From NCBI GenBank assembly GCA_044070495.1, contig JBIPSI010000010.1, positions 1-64,000 of the forward strand: 64,000 nt of DNA. Reading direction: 5' to 3'. The position numbers and the translations under genes were made by a program. Shown in pieces: positions 1-11,011 of the stretch. The notes beneath the pieces were generated by a model that was given only the letters and a program-made list of their open reading frames with translations, was not told the origin of the DNA and made no database searches. The DNA comes from Spirulina sp. GTDB taxonomy: Bacteria; Cyanobacteriota; Cyanobacteriia; Phormidesmidales; Phormidesmidaceae. Each line of letters begins with the position of its first letter. Positions within the stretch are counted from its first letter, which is position 1.

Positions 1-147
1 CTATCCCACCGTCCGAAAACGAGCGAGTCGTCCTAAAAAAACGTCAAAAACCGTCGCGTAGCTCTCATATCATCTTTAAGACGTCACTATCTTCCCTTTC
101 TGACGACAGGGGAGAAATTTGCCTTAGTCTAAACTCCAATACCTAAG

Positions 148-178
148 AAAAACCCCCTAGCCACGGGGGTTAGGGGGT
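148..178 (-). terminator. Intrinsic terminator (minus strand)
   Basis: Minus strand reads ACCCCCTA-loop-TAGGGGGT followed by a T run. Confidence 0.55.
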
Positions 179-395
179 CAGAATCAGGGTGCATCTACCG
201 TTCTACTCTTCTGGCCTGGGTGCCAGGTTCCGGGAGTTTACCTAGAGTTTACGAAGCCTTGAAACAAGATCTAGATGATCTAAATACCCTGTAAATTTTG
301 GCGTTTTGCGGATGTATGACGTTCCCCTTGATAGTAGACACCCAGGATTTTGGCTGTACTGAATCCGGTTCTACAGGGCCGTTTGTCCGCTAGGG

Positions 396-1097
396 CTAGG
401 TGGGCTGTATTGCTGACTGCTGCACTAGGTCGCGGCAGGTGGCCATGGAGGCCCGTTCTGCCATGGCTTGGACGAGGGTTTCAAAGGTGGCGTGGTGGTT
501 TTCTAGGAGGGTTTTGGCCTGGAGGGTGGCCCAGCGCTGTTTGATGGTGGCCTCTAGGTCAGACTTACCCAACCCTCGCCACAGTTGCCGTAGTGCCTGT
601 ACATCGCCATCGCCGCCGAGGGCGTTGCCGTAAACCATCTGTTCCGCCGCTAGTCCGGCCATCCACACCTGGCTGTAGCGGTCTAGCCACTGGGGGGTGA
701 GGTTGGCAGGCCGTTCATAATTAATGCCACTATCCGTACCTTCCTCGAAGCCAAAGACCACACCGCCCTGCCCCGGTAGCCCCCGCCGCCAAGCTTCCCA
801 GGTGGTGAGAGTGTAGTCTTGGACGGGGATATCGAGCAGTAGGGCCACCAGCAGGTGACCCGCCTCGTGGTGAATCACCCGCTGCCGATGCTCTGGGGAA
901 AACCAGGCGAGGGCATCGGTGATCAGGTTGCCGATGCGCCCCTGAAGATTGAGTTGATCGAGGGTGAAGATGCCGAGGCCCGTCGCCGCCACTCCGGCCA
1001 CCACGGCGGGCGAGAGATGCACGACAGGGCCGAGCAGACTGGCCATGGTGGTGGCAAAAATAACGACGGCAATGGCGTTGAGGGTGGTATCGCGCAT
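396..1097 (-). CDS. Membrane protein with peptidase M41 (FtsH protease-domain)-like HExxH motif, no AAA domain
   Basis: Two hydrophobic N-terminal segments, then RVIHHEAGHLLVA and MAGLAAE. Start moved to ATG 1097 (MRDTTL) because the longer track ORF overlaps the divergent gene. Confidence 0.75.
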   Translation of the reverse strand: MRDTTLNAIAVVIFATTMASLLGPVVHLSPAVVAGVAATGLGIFTLDQLNLQGRIGNLITDALAWFSPEHRQRVIHHEAGHLLVALLLDIPVQDYTLTTWEAWRRGLPGQGGVVFGFEEGTDSGINYERPANLTPQWLDRYSQVWMAGLAAEQMVYGNALGGDGDVQALRQLWRGLGKSDLEATIKQRWATLQAKTLLENHHATFETLVQAMAERASMATCRDLVQQSAIQPT

Positions 1098-1265
1098 AGG
1101 AATAGGGCAGGGGCAGCTTGGGAAGATGGGAGCGCGCAAAATGGGCGCAGCGTATATCATTATCCTCAAGTTTAGGGGTGCCGACAAACGCTCTCTAGGC
1201 CCTGGTACATTCCGGGCTGGCTCTGGTGGGCCAGACTTGGGCTTGGTTGATTTGGGAGAGGCGCA

Positions 1266-3035
1266 ATGCCGCAAGCGATGCAAGGCATGGTTATTGGGCT
1301 GCTGATCAGCTTGCTGGTTGGCATCATCATCGGGTTTTATTTGCGTCAACGCCAGGTTAATGCGCTGACGGCGACCCTCAAGACTGGCCAGGAGCGAGAG
1401 CAAGCCTTGCAACAGGAGCACGAGCATCGTCTACGCACCGCAACGGCCCAGCTTCAGCAAGACTACGAAGCCCAACTGGCCGAAAAAATTGAGCGCTACC
1501 AGCACCAATACGAAGCCCAGCGCCAACAGCTTGAGGCGGAATACGAAGCCCGCCAAAACTTGATGCCGGGGGGATCGGGGCTGGCGGATGCCGATGCCCA
1601 GGATCCTAACGCGTCCCCCTCCGACGAGTGGAATAATGCCCCCGTCAGCGAGTATGAAGCCCATCTCAGGCGGCAGTACGAAGCCCGATTGAAGGAAGCC
1701 GCCTACAAAATTCAGCAGGCCTATGAGCAGCATTTACGGGAAACCCTAGCCGCCGAGCGAGAAGCCCAGCAGCAAGCCTATGATCAACGCCTGGTCGAGG
1801 CCATTGCCCGCTACCAAGACGAAGCCGATGCCCGATTGGCGGAGGCCCTGAAGGATCAAGACGCGGTGGCCCAAACCGTCAGTGGAGAAAACAGCTTAGC
1901 GTCCAGTGGCCTGGATGACGCTGAGGCCGAAGTGCAGGAGCGTCTAGCCACCCTGGAGGCCGAACTGCGCCGCGACTATGATCGGCGGTTGGCGGAGCGC
2001 ATTGAGCAGTATCAAGACGATATGTCCCAGCGGATCGCTCAGCTTGAGGAGGAATTTGCCGCTCGCTTGCAAATGGCCCAAGCCGCCCAACCCGTGGATG
2101 AGCCGCCTCAGTTTCCAGAATTGCCCACCAACGCCGAACTCGAAGCCCGACTGAAAACCGAGTATGACCAACGGTTGGCGGAGGCGGTGGCTCGCCACCA
2201 GGATGAATTGCTGGAGCGCACCCAGGCCCTAGAACAGGACTATGAAGCCCGCCTGCAAATGGCCTTGGGCGGTGGTGAAGGTGCCGCTGAGGGTGAAGAA
2301 CGCCTGCACCAAACCCTGGAGGCCGAACTGCGGGCTGAGTATGACCTGAAACTGGCGGAAACGCTAGGGCAGTTCCAGGCGGAACTGAATCAACGTGCCC
2401 AGGACTTTGAATCGGGGTTGATCGCCACCATAGATCCCTTCACCGATCCAGCCATTGCGGCGGAACCACTGGAGGAGGACGATGTGATGGTCGATCCCTT
2501 CCCCGATGTGGATGCCTTTCAATCCGTGATGGCTGCTGCGGAGGAGGACAGCCCTGTTCTCAATAATCAGGACGCTCCACCCCTTGACCTAGGGGCGATG
2601 GACGATGGTGACGCAGGGCTTGCCGCTGAGGTGGAGGCCTTAGTTCAGGCCAATTATTATCAGGATGCAGGGGAGGGCCTCGATAACGTTGAGGCGTTAG
2701 GGGCAGAGCAGGGTTTAGAGAATTTAGACCTAGATCCCTTCCCCGATCTCGATTCTGAAAATGCGACCTTAGACGTAAACGACGGGGGCGAAGCGAGCAA
2801 TCCCTCGGAGATGGAAACGGCTTTCAACCTCGATGATCTCGACCTCTCAGCCCTGTCCGACGATGCCCTAGCCGACTTGAGCGATGAGGACTTGTTCGAC
2901 CTCGAAACCCTGGCGCGGCGGGCTGGGGTAGATCTAGGGGAACTGAACAATCTCTTGAATCAGGTGGACGCTCCAACCCCCTCTGAAGCGGAGAACGCCG
3001 ACCCAGAGAATGAGGACTGGGGCAGTCTCAGCTAG
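1266..3035 (+). CDS. Membrane-anchored coiled-coil repeat protein with acidic C-terminal tail, function unknown
   Basis: 589 aa ORF; N-terminal TM helix, Q/E/A/R-rich repeats, D/E/L-rich tail. Confidence 0.8.
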   Translation: MPQAMQGMVIGLLISLLVGIIIGFYLRQRQVNALTATLKTGQEREQALQQEHEHRLRTATAQLQQDYEAQLAEKIERYQHQYEAQRQQLEAEYEARQNLMPGGSGLADADAQDPNASPSDEWNNAPVSEYEAHLRRQYEARLKEAAYKIQQAYEQHLRETLAAEREAQQQAYDQRLVEAIARYQDEADARLAEALKDQDAVAQTVSGENSLASSGLDDAEAEVQERLATLEAELRRDYDRRLAERIEQYQDDMSQRIAQLEEEFAARLQMAQAAQPVDEPPQFPELPTNAELEARLKTEYDQRLAEAVARHQDELLERTQALEQDYEARLQMALGGGEGAAEGEERLHQTLEAELRAEYDLKLAETLGQFQAELNQRAQDFESGLIATIDPFTDPAIAAEPLEEDDVMVDPFPDVDAFQSVMAAAEEDSPVLNNQDAPPLDLGAMDDGDAGLAAEVEALVQANYYQDAGEGLDNVEALGAEQGLENLDLDPFPDLDSENATLDVNDGGEASNPSEMETAFNLDDLDLSALSDDALADLSDEDLFDLETLARRAGVDLGELNNLLNQVDAPTPSEAENADPENEDWGSLS

Positions 3036-3280
3036 GGTGGTTGTCTCCTAAAAACGACCTGATCTTGGCTGCATGGCCGCCATGGGGGGATGATGGCATG
3101 GGGTACCGCCTGGGAAGCATTGCCGACGCATCTCTATCAGGTTTTGAATCATGATGGTCTACGAACGACGAGTCATGGATTACCCACCATGGTCTACGAA
3201 TTATTGAGTTCCTGGTTTGTCCGGTGGTTTGCCGTGGTACCCGTGAAGCATGGCCAAGGCACGAAAAGGATCGCAACGGT

Positions 3281-3811
3281 ATGTCTCTGTTTTTTGATGT
3301 ATTGAGTTCCATTAACAACCCTCACCAACAGGGCAGCGTGAAGCAGCTTAGATCGGTGGTGGAATCGCTGCAACAACTGGCCCACCGCCAGGGGCTAGAC
3401 ATGGGCCAAATGGCCACCATGCTGGACAGCCTGGGCGGGGCGCTACAACCCGTCCTCCAGGATCAGGCCAGCGCCATTGGGGTGGGCACCCTGGAGGGAC
3501 TACTGGGAAAATTGTCGGGTTCCGGTAGCCTAGGGCTGTTGCAGGTAGCGATTCCTCGCCCCATCCAGCAGGAGATTATCCAAACCGTGGCCCACGCCAC
3601 CGGGATTCCCGCCGATCAAATTCAGGCCATGCTGCCCCAACTCATTCCGGCCATCATGGGATTGCTCGGCATGGGATCGGCAAAGCCAGGAACCAGCGGC
3701 CAGAACGGGCTACTGGAGGCTTTTCTATCGGCTGAATCTGGGCAAGGCACGGATCTGGGTACCGTGATCACCTTTGCCAACCGTTTTCTCAATCCGCCAG
3801 CCCAACCCTAG
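3281..3811 (+). CDS. DUF937-like protein
   Basis: MSLFFDVLSSINNP start, LGxL/GLL helices, TGI...IQAMLPQLIP segment; ATG 3281 chosen. Confidence 0.7.
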   Translation: MSLFFDVLSSINNPHQQGSVKQLRSVVESLQQLAHRQGLDMGQMATMLDSLGGALQPVLQDQASAIGVGTLEGLLGKLSGSGSLGLLQVAIPRPIQQEIIQTVAHATGIPADQIQAMLPQLIPAIMGLLGMGSAKPGTSGQNGLLEAFLSAESGQGTDLGTVITFANRFLNPPAQP

Positions 3812-3900
3812 ATCCGTGCTGCGGGGTAGATCCCCAGGATGCGACCCACAATCTACCCCATAATCCGCCACAATAATGCTGATCCATCGCTGCGTACCCC

Positions 3901-4722
3901 ATGGGACAGACCCTTACCGTTACCCAAGCCAATTTTGAAACCGACGTGCTGGTGCAGTCCGTCGATCAGGTGGTGCTGGTGGATTTCTACGCCACCTGGT
4001 GCGGCCCCTGCCAAATCCTCAAGCCGATGCTCGAAAAGCTGGCCCAGGAGTATGACATCACCGTCGCCAAGGTTGACATTGACCAAAACCCCGAACTGGC
4101 CAAAGCCTTTCGGGTGGAGGGGGTGCCCGATGTCCGCATCGTCAGCCAGGGGCAGGTGATGGAGGGCTTTGTGGGGGTGCTGCCAGAGCCGCAAATTCGC
4201 GAATTGCTGACCAAGCTGGGGCTGAAATCTACCCTCGACCAAGCCTTTGCCGCCTTGGATGCGGTGCAGGCCAGCGGCGACGTAGCGGCCATCCAAGCGG
4301 CCCTGACCGATCTGCTCACCCAATTCCCTAGCAACCCCGCTGTGTTGATGACGGCGGCCCAGGTTTACCTAGGCCAGGGATCGGTAGACTTGGCCCGCCA
4401 ATACATCGACCTCATTCCCACCGAGGATCGATCCATCGCCCACGCGGTGGACGGGCTGCGGGAATTGATCGCCCTGCACGACACCCTAGCCGAACCCGCT
4501 GAGGACAATCCCCTAGAACTGGCCTATCGACGGGCCTGTGCAGCCACCCTCGCCGCCGACTATGACACCGCCCTAGCGCAATTTCTGGCCATCGTCCAAC
4601 AGGATCGCGGCTTCCGTAATGACGGGGCACGGAAAGCCATGCTGACGGTATTTAAGCTGCTGGGGGATGAGTCAGACCTCACCACCACCTACCGCAAGCG
4701 GTTGATGCAGTCGCTTTACTAG
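3901..4722 (+). CDS. Thioredoxin-TPR co-chaperone, YbbN/CnoX family
   Basis: DFYATWCGPC active site, helical C-terminus ending DGARKAML..F...YRKRL. Confidence 0.9.
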   Translation: MGQTLTVTQANFETDVLVQSVDQVVLVDFYATWCGPCQILKPMLEKLAQEYDITVAKVDIDQNPELAKAFRVEGVPDVRIVSQGQVMEGFVGVLPEPQIRELLTKLGLKSTLDQAFAALDAVQASGDVAAIQAALTDLLTQFPSNPAVLMTAAQVYLGQGSVDLARQYIDLIPTEDRSIAHAVDGLRELIALHDTLAEPAEDNPLELAYRRACAATLAADYDTALAQFLAIVQQDRGFRNDGARKAMLTVFKLLGDESDLTTTYRKRLMQSLY

Positions 4723-4778
4723 GTGGCTGCATCAGCGGAGGAAGAGAAAGATCGGGTCGCTACTAACAAAACTCTGGA

Positions 4779-4888
4779 GGATCCCCCTAAATCCCCCTTG
4801 AAAAGGGGGACTGTGGCGCTGGTTCCCCCCTTAATAAGGGGACTGTGGCGCTGGTTCCCCCCTTAATAAGGGGGGCTAGGGGGGATCC
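4779..4888. repeat. Cyanobacterial CCCCCTT/AAGGGGG palindromic dispersed repeat, copy 1, with internal duplication
   Basis: GGATCCCCCTAAATCCCCCTT...AAGGGGGGCTAGGGGGGATCC; a related copy in opposite orientation lies at 57294-57368. Confidence 0.85.
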
Positions 4889-5051
4889 AATCCGAACAAA
4901 CAATAACAGCATCCGCAACGAACCCTGACAACTTGGCCCCTAGGGCAGTGGCATTTTGTTACATTCGGGCAAAAATCTAAACCTAGCCCCTGAAGGCTGA
5001 TTGCCGCTATACCATTAAAGGCGTTAGCCCATTGGCAGTCGGTGCTTGTCC

Positions 5052-7865
5052 ATGAATACCATCCAGTCTTCGACGGATCTCCTTTGGCATACCGTTGACC
5101 GAGATCAGGCTCTCGAACGTCTGGAGAGCAACCCAGAGACGGGGCTAGATGCCGAGGCGGTGGTGGCCCGACGCCAAACCTACGGCCCCAACGAGCTAGA
5201 GGAATCGGGTGGGCGACCCCCCTGGCGGATCCTGCTGGATCAGTTCACCAACATCATGCTGCTGATGCTGATTGCGGTGGCGGTGGTGTCGGGGGTGCTG
5301 TCCCTGCGGCACCAGGAATTTCCTAAGGATGCCATTGCGATTTTCTCCATCGTCATCCTCAACGGGGTGCTGGGGTATTTCCAGGAAAGTCGGGCCGAAA
5401 AAGCCCTAGCGGCGCTCAAAAAAATGGCCTCCCCCAGTGTGCGGGTGCAGCGGGACGGGCGATCCCAGGAAGTGCCTTCCCAAGACCTTGTTCCCGGTGA
5501 TGTGGTGCTGCTAGAGGCGGGCGATCAAGTGCCTGCCGATGGGCGGCTGTTAGAATCTGCCAACCTGCAAGTGCGAGAATCGGCCCTGACCGGGGAGGCC
5601 CACGGATCCAGTAAGCAGGCCCAAATCACCCTAACGGAATCGACCCCCCTAGCCGACCGCAAAAACCTGGTGTTTCAGGGCACCGAAGTGCTCCAGGGGC
5701 GGGGCAAGGTGCTGATTACCCACACCGGGATGAAGACCGAACTGGGCCGCATTGCCGCCATGCTGCAATCGGTAGAAAACGACCCCACCCCCCTCCAGCA
5801 GCGCATGAATCAGTTGGGTAATGTGCTGGTCAGCGGATCCCTGACTTTGGTGGCCCTAGTGGTGGGCGTTGGCGTGGTGGTGGGCGGCTGGAAAGCCTTT
5901 GAGCCCCTGCTAGAGGTGGCCCTGAGTATGGCCGTGGCCGTGGTTCCCGAAGGGCTCCCAGCGGTGATTACCGTTACCCTGGCCATTGGTACCCAGCGGA
6001 TGGTACGCCGCAATGCCCTCATCCGTCGTCTGCCAGCGGTGGAAACCCTCGGATCCGTCACCACCATTTGCTCCGACAAAACCGGAACCCTGACCCAAAA
6101 CAAAATGGTGGTGCAGCATATTCGCACCCTCTCCCACCAGTGGCAGATCACGGGGCACGGCTATGACCCCGATGGTGAGTTCATCTCAGCGGATCATGCG
6201 GTGGATTGCGCTCAATGCCCAGATTTGCAGCTTCTCCTGCTAGATGGACTGCTGTGCAACGATGCGGTGCTGCAAAAGGAAGCCGGGGACTGGGCCATTT
6301 TGGGCGACCCCACCGAGGGATCCCTGGTGGTGATGGCGGCCAAGGGTGGGCTAGATCGGCACCACCTCACCCACGCCCTTCAGCGGGTGGCGGAATTCCC
6401 CTTTTCCTCCGAGCGCAAGCGGATGAGCGTGGTGCTGGGGGGAATTGCCCCATTGAAATCGACCCTTGCCCTGCCCTCTGCCCTCACCAAATCGCCCTAC
6501 CTCCTCCTGGCTAAGGGGTCGCCGGAACTGTTGCTAGACTGTTGCACCCATGGGTTTGTCGGTGGTCAGCCCACTCCCCTCAGCCCCGACCATCGGAAAC
6601 GGGTGCTGGCTGACAATACGGCCCTCGCCGCCAAAGGGCTGCGTATCCTGGGGTTTGCCTATCGTCCGCTGGATGCCATCCCCAACGAAGACCATCCCGA
6701 TCAGGCTGAACGGGATCTGGTGTGGCTGGGCTTGGTGGGCATGATCGACGCCCTGCGCCCGGAGGTGAAGTTAGCCGTAGAACGCTGTCGGGCGGCGGGG
6801 ATTCGGCCCATGATGATCACGGGCGACCACCATCTCACAGCCATGGCCATTGCCCAGGATTTAGGAATCGTCAACCATCCGGCCAAGGTGGTCAGCGGCA
6901 CCGAGCTAGAGGTCATGACCCAAGCGGATCTCGAACAAACCGTGAAGGAGGTGAGCGTCTACGCCAGGGTGTCGCCGGAACACAAGCTGCGGATTGTGCA
7001 AGCCCTGCAAAAAGATCATCAAATTGTGGCCATGACCGGGGATGGCGTCAACGATGCCCCCGCCCTGAAGCAGGCGGAAATTGGCATCGCCATGGGCATC
7101 ACAGGCACCGACGTGAGCAAAGAAGCCAGCGACATGGTGCTGCTGGACGACAACTTCGCTACCATCGTCGCCGCCACCGAAGAGGGGCGCGTGGTCTATA
7201 CCAACATTCGCCGCTTCGTGAAATACATCCTCGGTTCCAACATTGGCGAACTGCTGACCATTGCCCTCTCGCCCCTGCTGCTGCCAATTTTGGACGTGCC
7301 CCTCAGCCCCCTGCAAATTCTGTGGATGAACCTGGTCACCGACGGCTTTCCGGCTCTAGCCCTAGCCGTGGAACCCGCCGCCCCCGACGTGATGGATCAG
7401 CCCCCCCACGACCCCCAGGAAAGTATCTTTGCCCGTGGTCTAGGAGCCTATATGCTGCGGATTGGCTTGGTGTTCACAGTCATCTCCGTCACCATGCTGG
7501 TTTGGGCCTACCACGATGCGCAAACCCATGTCACCGATACCCTATCGGCAGAACGATGGAAAACCATGGTTTTCACTACCCTGTGTTTGGCACAGATGGG
7601 CCATGCCATTGCCGTGCGATCCGACAACCGCCTGACCATCGAAACCTCGCCCTGGTCAAACCCCTTTGTGCTGTTTGCCGTAGTGATGACCACCGCACTG
7701 CAACTGATGCTGATCTACATCGAACCCCTGCGTAACTTCTTCGGCACCCACCTGATCAGCCCCCTAGAACTGCTGATTTGTGTGGGCTTTAGCTCCCTGT
7801 TGTTTGTCTGGGTCGAGTTCGAGAAAATCTACCGCCGTCTGCGGGGTAAAGTGGTGAGAACCTAG
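5052..7865 (+). CDS. Type IIA cation (probably Ca2+) transporting P-type ATPase, PacL-like
   Basis: [46 protein letters not shown] motifs. Confidence 0.93.
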   Translation: MNTIQSSTDLLWHTVDRDQALERLESNPETGLDAEAVVARRQTYGPNELEESGGRPPWRILLDQFTNIMLLMLIAVAVVSGVLSLRHQEFPKDAIAIFSIVILNGVLGYFQESRAEKALAALKKMASPSVRVQRDGRSQEVPSQDLVPGDVVLLEAGDQVPADGRLLESANLQVRESALTGEAHGSSKQAQITLTESTPLADRKNLVFQGTEVLQGRGKVLITHTGMKTELGRIAAMLQSVENDPTPLQQRMNQLGNVLVSGSLTLVALVVGVGVVVGGWKAFEPLLEVALSMAVAVVPEGLPAVITVTLAIGTQRMVRRNALIRRLPAVETLGSVTTICSDKTGTLTQNKMVVQHIRTLSHQWQITGHGYDPDGEFISADHAVDCAQCPDLQLLLLDGLLCNDAVLQKEAGDWAILGDPTEGSLVVMAAKGGLDRHHLTHALQRVAEFPFSSERKRMSVVLGGIAPLKSTLALPSALTKSPYLLLAKGSPELLLDCCTHGFVGGQPTPLSPDHRKRVLADNTALAAKGLRILGFAYRPLDAIPNEDHPDQAERDLVWLGLVGMIDALRPEVKLAVERCRAAGIRPMMITGDHHLTAMAIAQDLGIVNHPAKVVSGTELEVMTQADLEQTVKEVSVYARVSPEHKLRIVQALQKDHQIVAMTGDGVNDAPALKQAEIGIAMGITGTDVSKEASDMVLLDDNFATIVAATEEGRVVYTNIRRFVKYILGSNIGELLTIALSPLLLPILDVPLSPLQILWMNLVTDGFPALALAVEPAAPDVMDQPPHDPQESIFARGLGAYMLRIGLVFTVISVTMLVWAYHDAQTHVTDTLSAERWKTMVFTTLCLAQMGHAIAVRSDNRLTIETSPWSNPFVLFAVVMTTALQLMLIYIEPLRNFFGTHLISPLELLICVGFSSLLFVWVEFEKIYRRLRGKVVRT

Positions 7866-7924
7866 GACAAAACCGCTGAGGAACAGGAAGGCGAGCGTCC
7901 CGACGCTCACCCGTCCCGCCTAAA

Positions 7925-9235
7925 CTAGGCTTCTACGAGCACCTTGGCTAGGCCAAAATGGGCATCCTGCTCAGCCCGCAGTTGGTCACACAGCCGTCCC
8001 GCTGGCAGAATCACGTCGTCGTAGGTGATGGCCTGATCCTTGGGAATAGCTCGCTTCAGTTGGCAGCCCTCGGCCAAGCCCATGGGCAACAGGCGCTGAC
8101 GCTGCACCACATCGGCGTTTTCGCACTGGCCATAGGTCATGTAGTAGCCAATGCCGTCTAGGGTTTCCCCAGCTTTGAGATCGGTCTTGGCGAGGGTGAT
8201 CACCTCTACCATTGGCCCTGCGATGGGAGCCAGCACCACGTCGTTGCACAGCACCACCCGCGCCACCGATAGTGGCACCTCTAAATGGCAGAGGTGGTAG
8301 GGGGTGTAGAAGGAATACAGCGGCCCATCGCCTTTCTTGTAGTAGCGCAGGTAATGTTGTTGCTTGGGATCTTCCATCAGGCCAATCACGTAGACCCCAG
8401 GGGAGGGCTGAGCCCCCACCACGTAGTCCACAATGCCGCCCCAAGCCTTCAGTTCCTCCGCATCGTAAACCTGGGTGAGTTCATCGATGTGGCCCCGAAA
8501 ATCGCGACCGATCATGCCCCGCTGGGAGACCTTCATCCCGGTGGCGTTGGCGACAATGGCCTGCTCAAAGGAAATTTTGCTGCCATCGGCAAAGCTAGTC
8601 ACCATGTGGGCGGCCTGTCCCCACTGGGCGGCAAAGCTGGCCTGGGTAGTGGGGTTGCGATAGGCATCTTGCAGACCCTTGATGTTGCCGCAGACCAGGG
8701 GCTTGAGGCCAATGCTCTTGACGTATCGGAACAGATTCATCTCCACACCGGGCTGGTCGCCATCGCAGCCAGAGAGGATTACCCCGGCCCGGTCGGCGTA
8801 GGTTTTGAGGATGGGGCCGAGGGTGCCGTCTAGCTCGGCATTCATCATCACCACATGCTTGTGGTGGGCGATAGCGTCTAGGATGACTCCGGCGGCAAAC
8901 TCAATGGTGCCCGTTACTTCGATCAGGGCATCAATCCCCTCCGCTCGACACAGCAGCTTGGCGTCTTCGGTAACGGCGGGCTGTCCGGCACGAATGGCGT
9001 CTTCTAAATCGGCCTGGGTGGTTACTTCACGGGGGCTATCAATTCCGGCTTCGGCGTAGGCTTTGCGGGCGCTGGCCAAGGTGCGGCTCGACACCGCCAC
9101 CAGTTCCATCCCCGGCAGGTAGTTGACGATTTGATTGGCAATGCCCCAGCCCATAAAGCCAGCCCCAATCATGCCAACTTTGACCGGGTTACCCGCTTCG
9201 TGGCGAGCCTTTAGGGCGGTATCGACAATAATCAT
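7925..9235 (-). CDS. NAD(P)-dependent oxidoreductase (homoserine dehydrogenase-like) with C-terminal SAF domain
   Basis: GMIGAGFMG Rossmann motif, GDQPG, FADGSK, AKTDLKAGETLDGIG...LLPMGL. Confidence 0.85.
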   Translation of the reverse strand: MIIVDTALKARHEAGNPVKVGMIGAGFMGWGIANQIVNYLPGMELVAVSSRTLASARKAYAEAGIDSPREVTTQADLEDAIRAGQPAVTEDAKLLCRAEGIDALIEVTGTIEFAAGVILDAIAHHKHVVMMNAELDGTLGPILKTYADRAGVILSGCDGDQPGVEMNLFRYVKSIGLKPLVCGNIKGLQDAYRNPTTQASFAAQWGQAAHMVTSFADGSKISFEQAIVANATGMKVSQRGMIGRDFRGHIDELTQVYDAEELKAWGGIVDYVVGAQPSPGVYVIGLMEDPKQQHYLRYYKKGDGPLYSFYTPYHLCHLEVPLSVARVVLCNDVVLAPIAGPMVEVITLAKTDLKAGETLDGIGYYMTYGQCENADVVQRQRLLPMGLAEGCQLKRAIPKDQAITYDDVILPAGRLCDQLRAEQDAHFGLAKVLVEA

Positions 9236-9312
9236 GGTTCGTCAATCCTTAAGGGGGTGAAGTGGTTGGTTGGGCTGTTCGGGATGGGGTCGATGATAAG
9301 TCCGTCCGTCGA

Positions 9313-9843
9313 TCAATCGGTCAGCAGATCCCAGGCGTTATCTTTGTCGGAAATGAGGCTAACGGGCTGCGGCCACTGAATCTGAAGTTTCGGATCGTTG
9401 TAGCGTAGGCCACGTTCGCAGCCCGGAGTATAGAACTCGCTCACCACGTAGACAATCTCGGCCTCTGGGGTCAGGGTTTGATAGCCATGGGCAAACATTT
9501 CGGGAACGTAGAGTGCCCGAAAGTTATCCGCCGTTAGCTCTACCCCAAAGTGCTGGAGATAGGTGGGCGAGTCGGGGCGCAGGTCAACAATCACATCGTA
9601 GATGGCCCCACGGGTGCAGCGTACTAATTTAGTCTCCGAGGCGGGCGGTACCTGGTAGTGCATCCCCCGCAGGGTGCCCTGGGTGCCGTTGTAGCAGAGG
9701 TTAATCTGGGCGACTTCGGGCTTCATGCCCAGTTCGGCGAATTCGCGGGCGCAAAAGGTGCGGGCAAAAAAACCGCGATCATCGGCTTTTTTGTCAATCT
9801 CAACAACATAGGCCCCGGCGAGGGGCGTTTCAGTAAAAATCAT
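9313..9843 (-). CDS. rfbC: NDP-4-keto-6-deoxyglucose 3,5-epimerase (RmlC family)
   Basis: DDRGFFAR, GTLRGMHYQ, VDLRPDSPT, FAHGYQTL, SDKD. Confidence 0.92.
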   Translation of the reverse strand: MIFTETPLAGAYVVEIDKKADDRGFFARTFCAREFAELGMKPEVAQINLCYNGTQGTLRGMHYQVPPASETKLVRCTRGAIYDVIVDLRPDSPTYLQHFGVELTADNFRALYVPEMFAHGYQTLTPEAEIVYVVSEFYTPGCERGLRYNDPKLQIQWPQPVSLISDKDNAWDLLTD

Positions 9844-9880
9844 GGCTTAGGAGATCCAAGAGAGAGCCAAGGGGCTGGCG

Positions 9881-11011
9881 CTAGGCGATAGGCAGGGGCA
9901 CAGCGGTGGACATCAGGCCACTGGGGAACCCAGCCGTGCCGGGGGTACGGGCCTGGTATCGCTGAATTTGGTGGGTAGCAATGTCGCGAGCCGATTGGCC
10001 ACCATAGTAGCCCTGGTAAAATTCCACCACCCACTCTAGGGTATCGGCCAGGGTGAGCCGAGGTTCCCAGCCCAGACGAGCCTTGGCCTTGGAGCAGTCC
10101 AGCTTCAGATAATGGGCTTCGTGGGGATGGGATCCGCCATCCAGTTCCCAGGTGGCCCCGTTACCCCACAGGGTCGTCAGCCGATCCACAATCCAAGATA
10201 CGGGTTTGGCATCGTCGTCTTGGGGGCCAAAGTTCCAGCCGCCCACCAAGTCGGAGCCGTGGTGCCATAGTTTTTCCGCCAGCAGCAGGTAGCCGCCGAG
10301 GGGTTCCAGCACGTGCTGCCAGGGGCGAATGGCGTGGGGATTGCGAATCAGTACGGGTTGCCCAGCATGGAAGGCTTTGATCATATCGGGAATCAGCCGA
10401 TCCAAGGCCCAATCGCCGCCGCCGATGACGTTCCCGGCCCGCACCGAGGCCACCGCCACCCGATGGCTCTCAAAGGTCTCAGGGGCAAAGAAGGACGACC
10501 GATAGGCCGCTGTGACCAGTTCGGCACAGCCCTTGCTGTTGGAGTAGGGATCATGGCCACCCATGGCTTCGTTCTCGCGGTAGCCCCACACCCATTCCCG
10601 GTTTTCGTAGCACTTGTCGCTGGTAATCACCACCGCCACGCGCACACTTGAGGTCTGACGCACCGCCTCCAGCACATGCACAGTACCCATGACGTTGGTG
10701 GCGTAGGTTTCCACCGGGTTCTGGTAGGAGTAGCGCACGAGGGGCTGGGCCGCCAGGTGCAGCACAATCTCCGGCTGGGCCTGGTTCATGGCTTGGGTTA
10801 ACCCCTCCAGATCCCGCACATCGCCCACTAGGGACGTCATCCCATGGGCGACCTGAGCCGCCTCAAACAGGCTGGGATCGGTAGGGGCAGGCTGGGAAAA
10901 CCCCACCACCTCAGCCCCAAGCTGCTGGAGCCAAAGGGAGAGCCAACTGCCCTTAAAGCCCGTGTGTCCGGTGACAAAAACCCGCTTACCCCGCCAAAAA
11001 TTCACATCCAT
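9881..11011 (-). CDS. rfbG: CDP-glucose 4,6-dehydratase
   Basis: VTGHTGFKGSWL, HLAAQPLVR, TSDKCY, YSNSK, RAGNVIGGGD, RPWQHVLEPL. Confidence 0.95.
   Translation of the reverse strand: MDVNFWRGKRVFVTGHTGFKGSWLSLWLQQLGAEVVGFSQPAPTDPSLFEAAQVAHGMTSLVGDVRDLEGLTQAMNQAQPEIVLHLAAQPLVRYSYQNPVETYATNVMGTVHVLEAVRQTSSVRVAVVITSDKCYENREWVWGYRENEAMGGHDPYSNSKGCAELVTAAYRSSFFAPETFESHRVAVASVRAGNVIGGGDWALDRLIPDMIKAFHAGQPVLIRNPHAIRPWQHVLEPLGGYLLLAEKLWHHGSDLVGGWNFGPQDDDAKPVSWIVDRLTTLWGNGATWELDGGSHPHEAHYLKLDCSKAKARLGWEPRLTLADTLEWVVEFYQGYYGGQSARDIATHQIQRYQARTPGTAGFPSGLMSTAVPLPIA

Noticed and set aside
3090..3305. 71 aa ORF upstream of the DUF937-like gene
   Set aside because: Overlaps the likely real start at 3281 and has no recognisable motif.
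4803..4867. 32-33 bp direct repeat as a mini CRISPR
   Set aside because: Units are adjacent with no spacer, and no cas genes are present.
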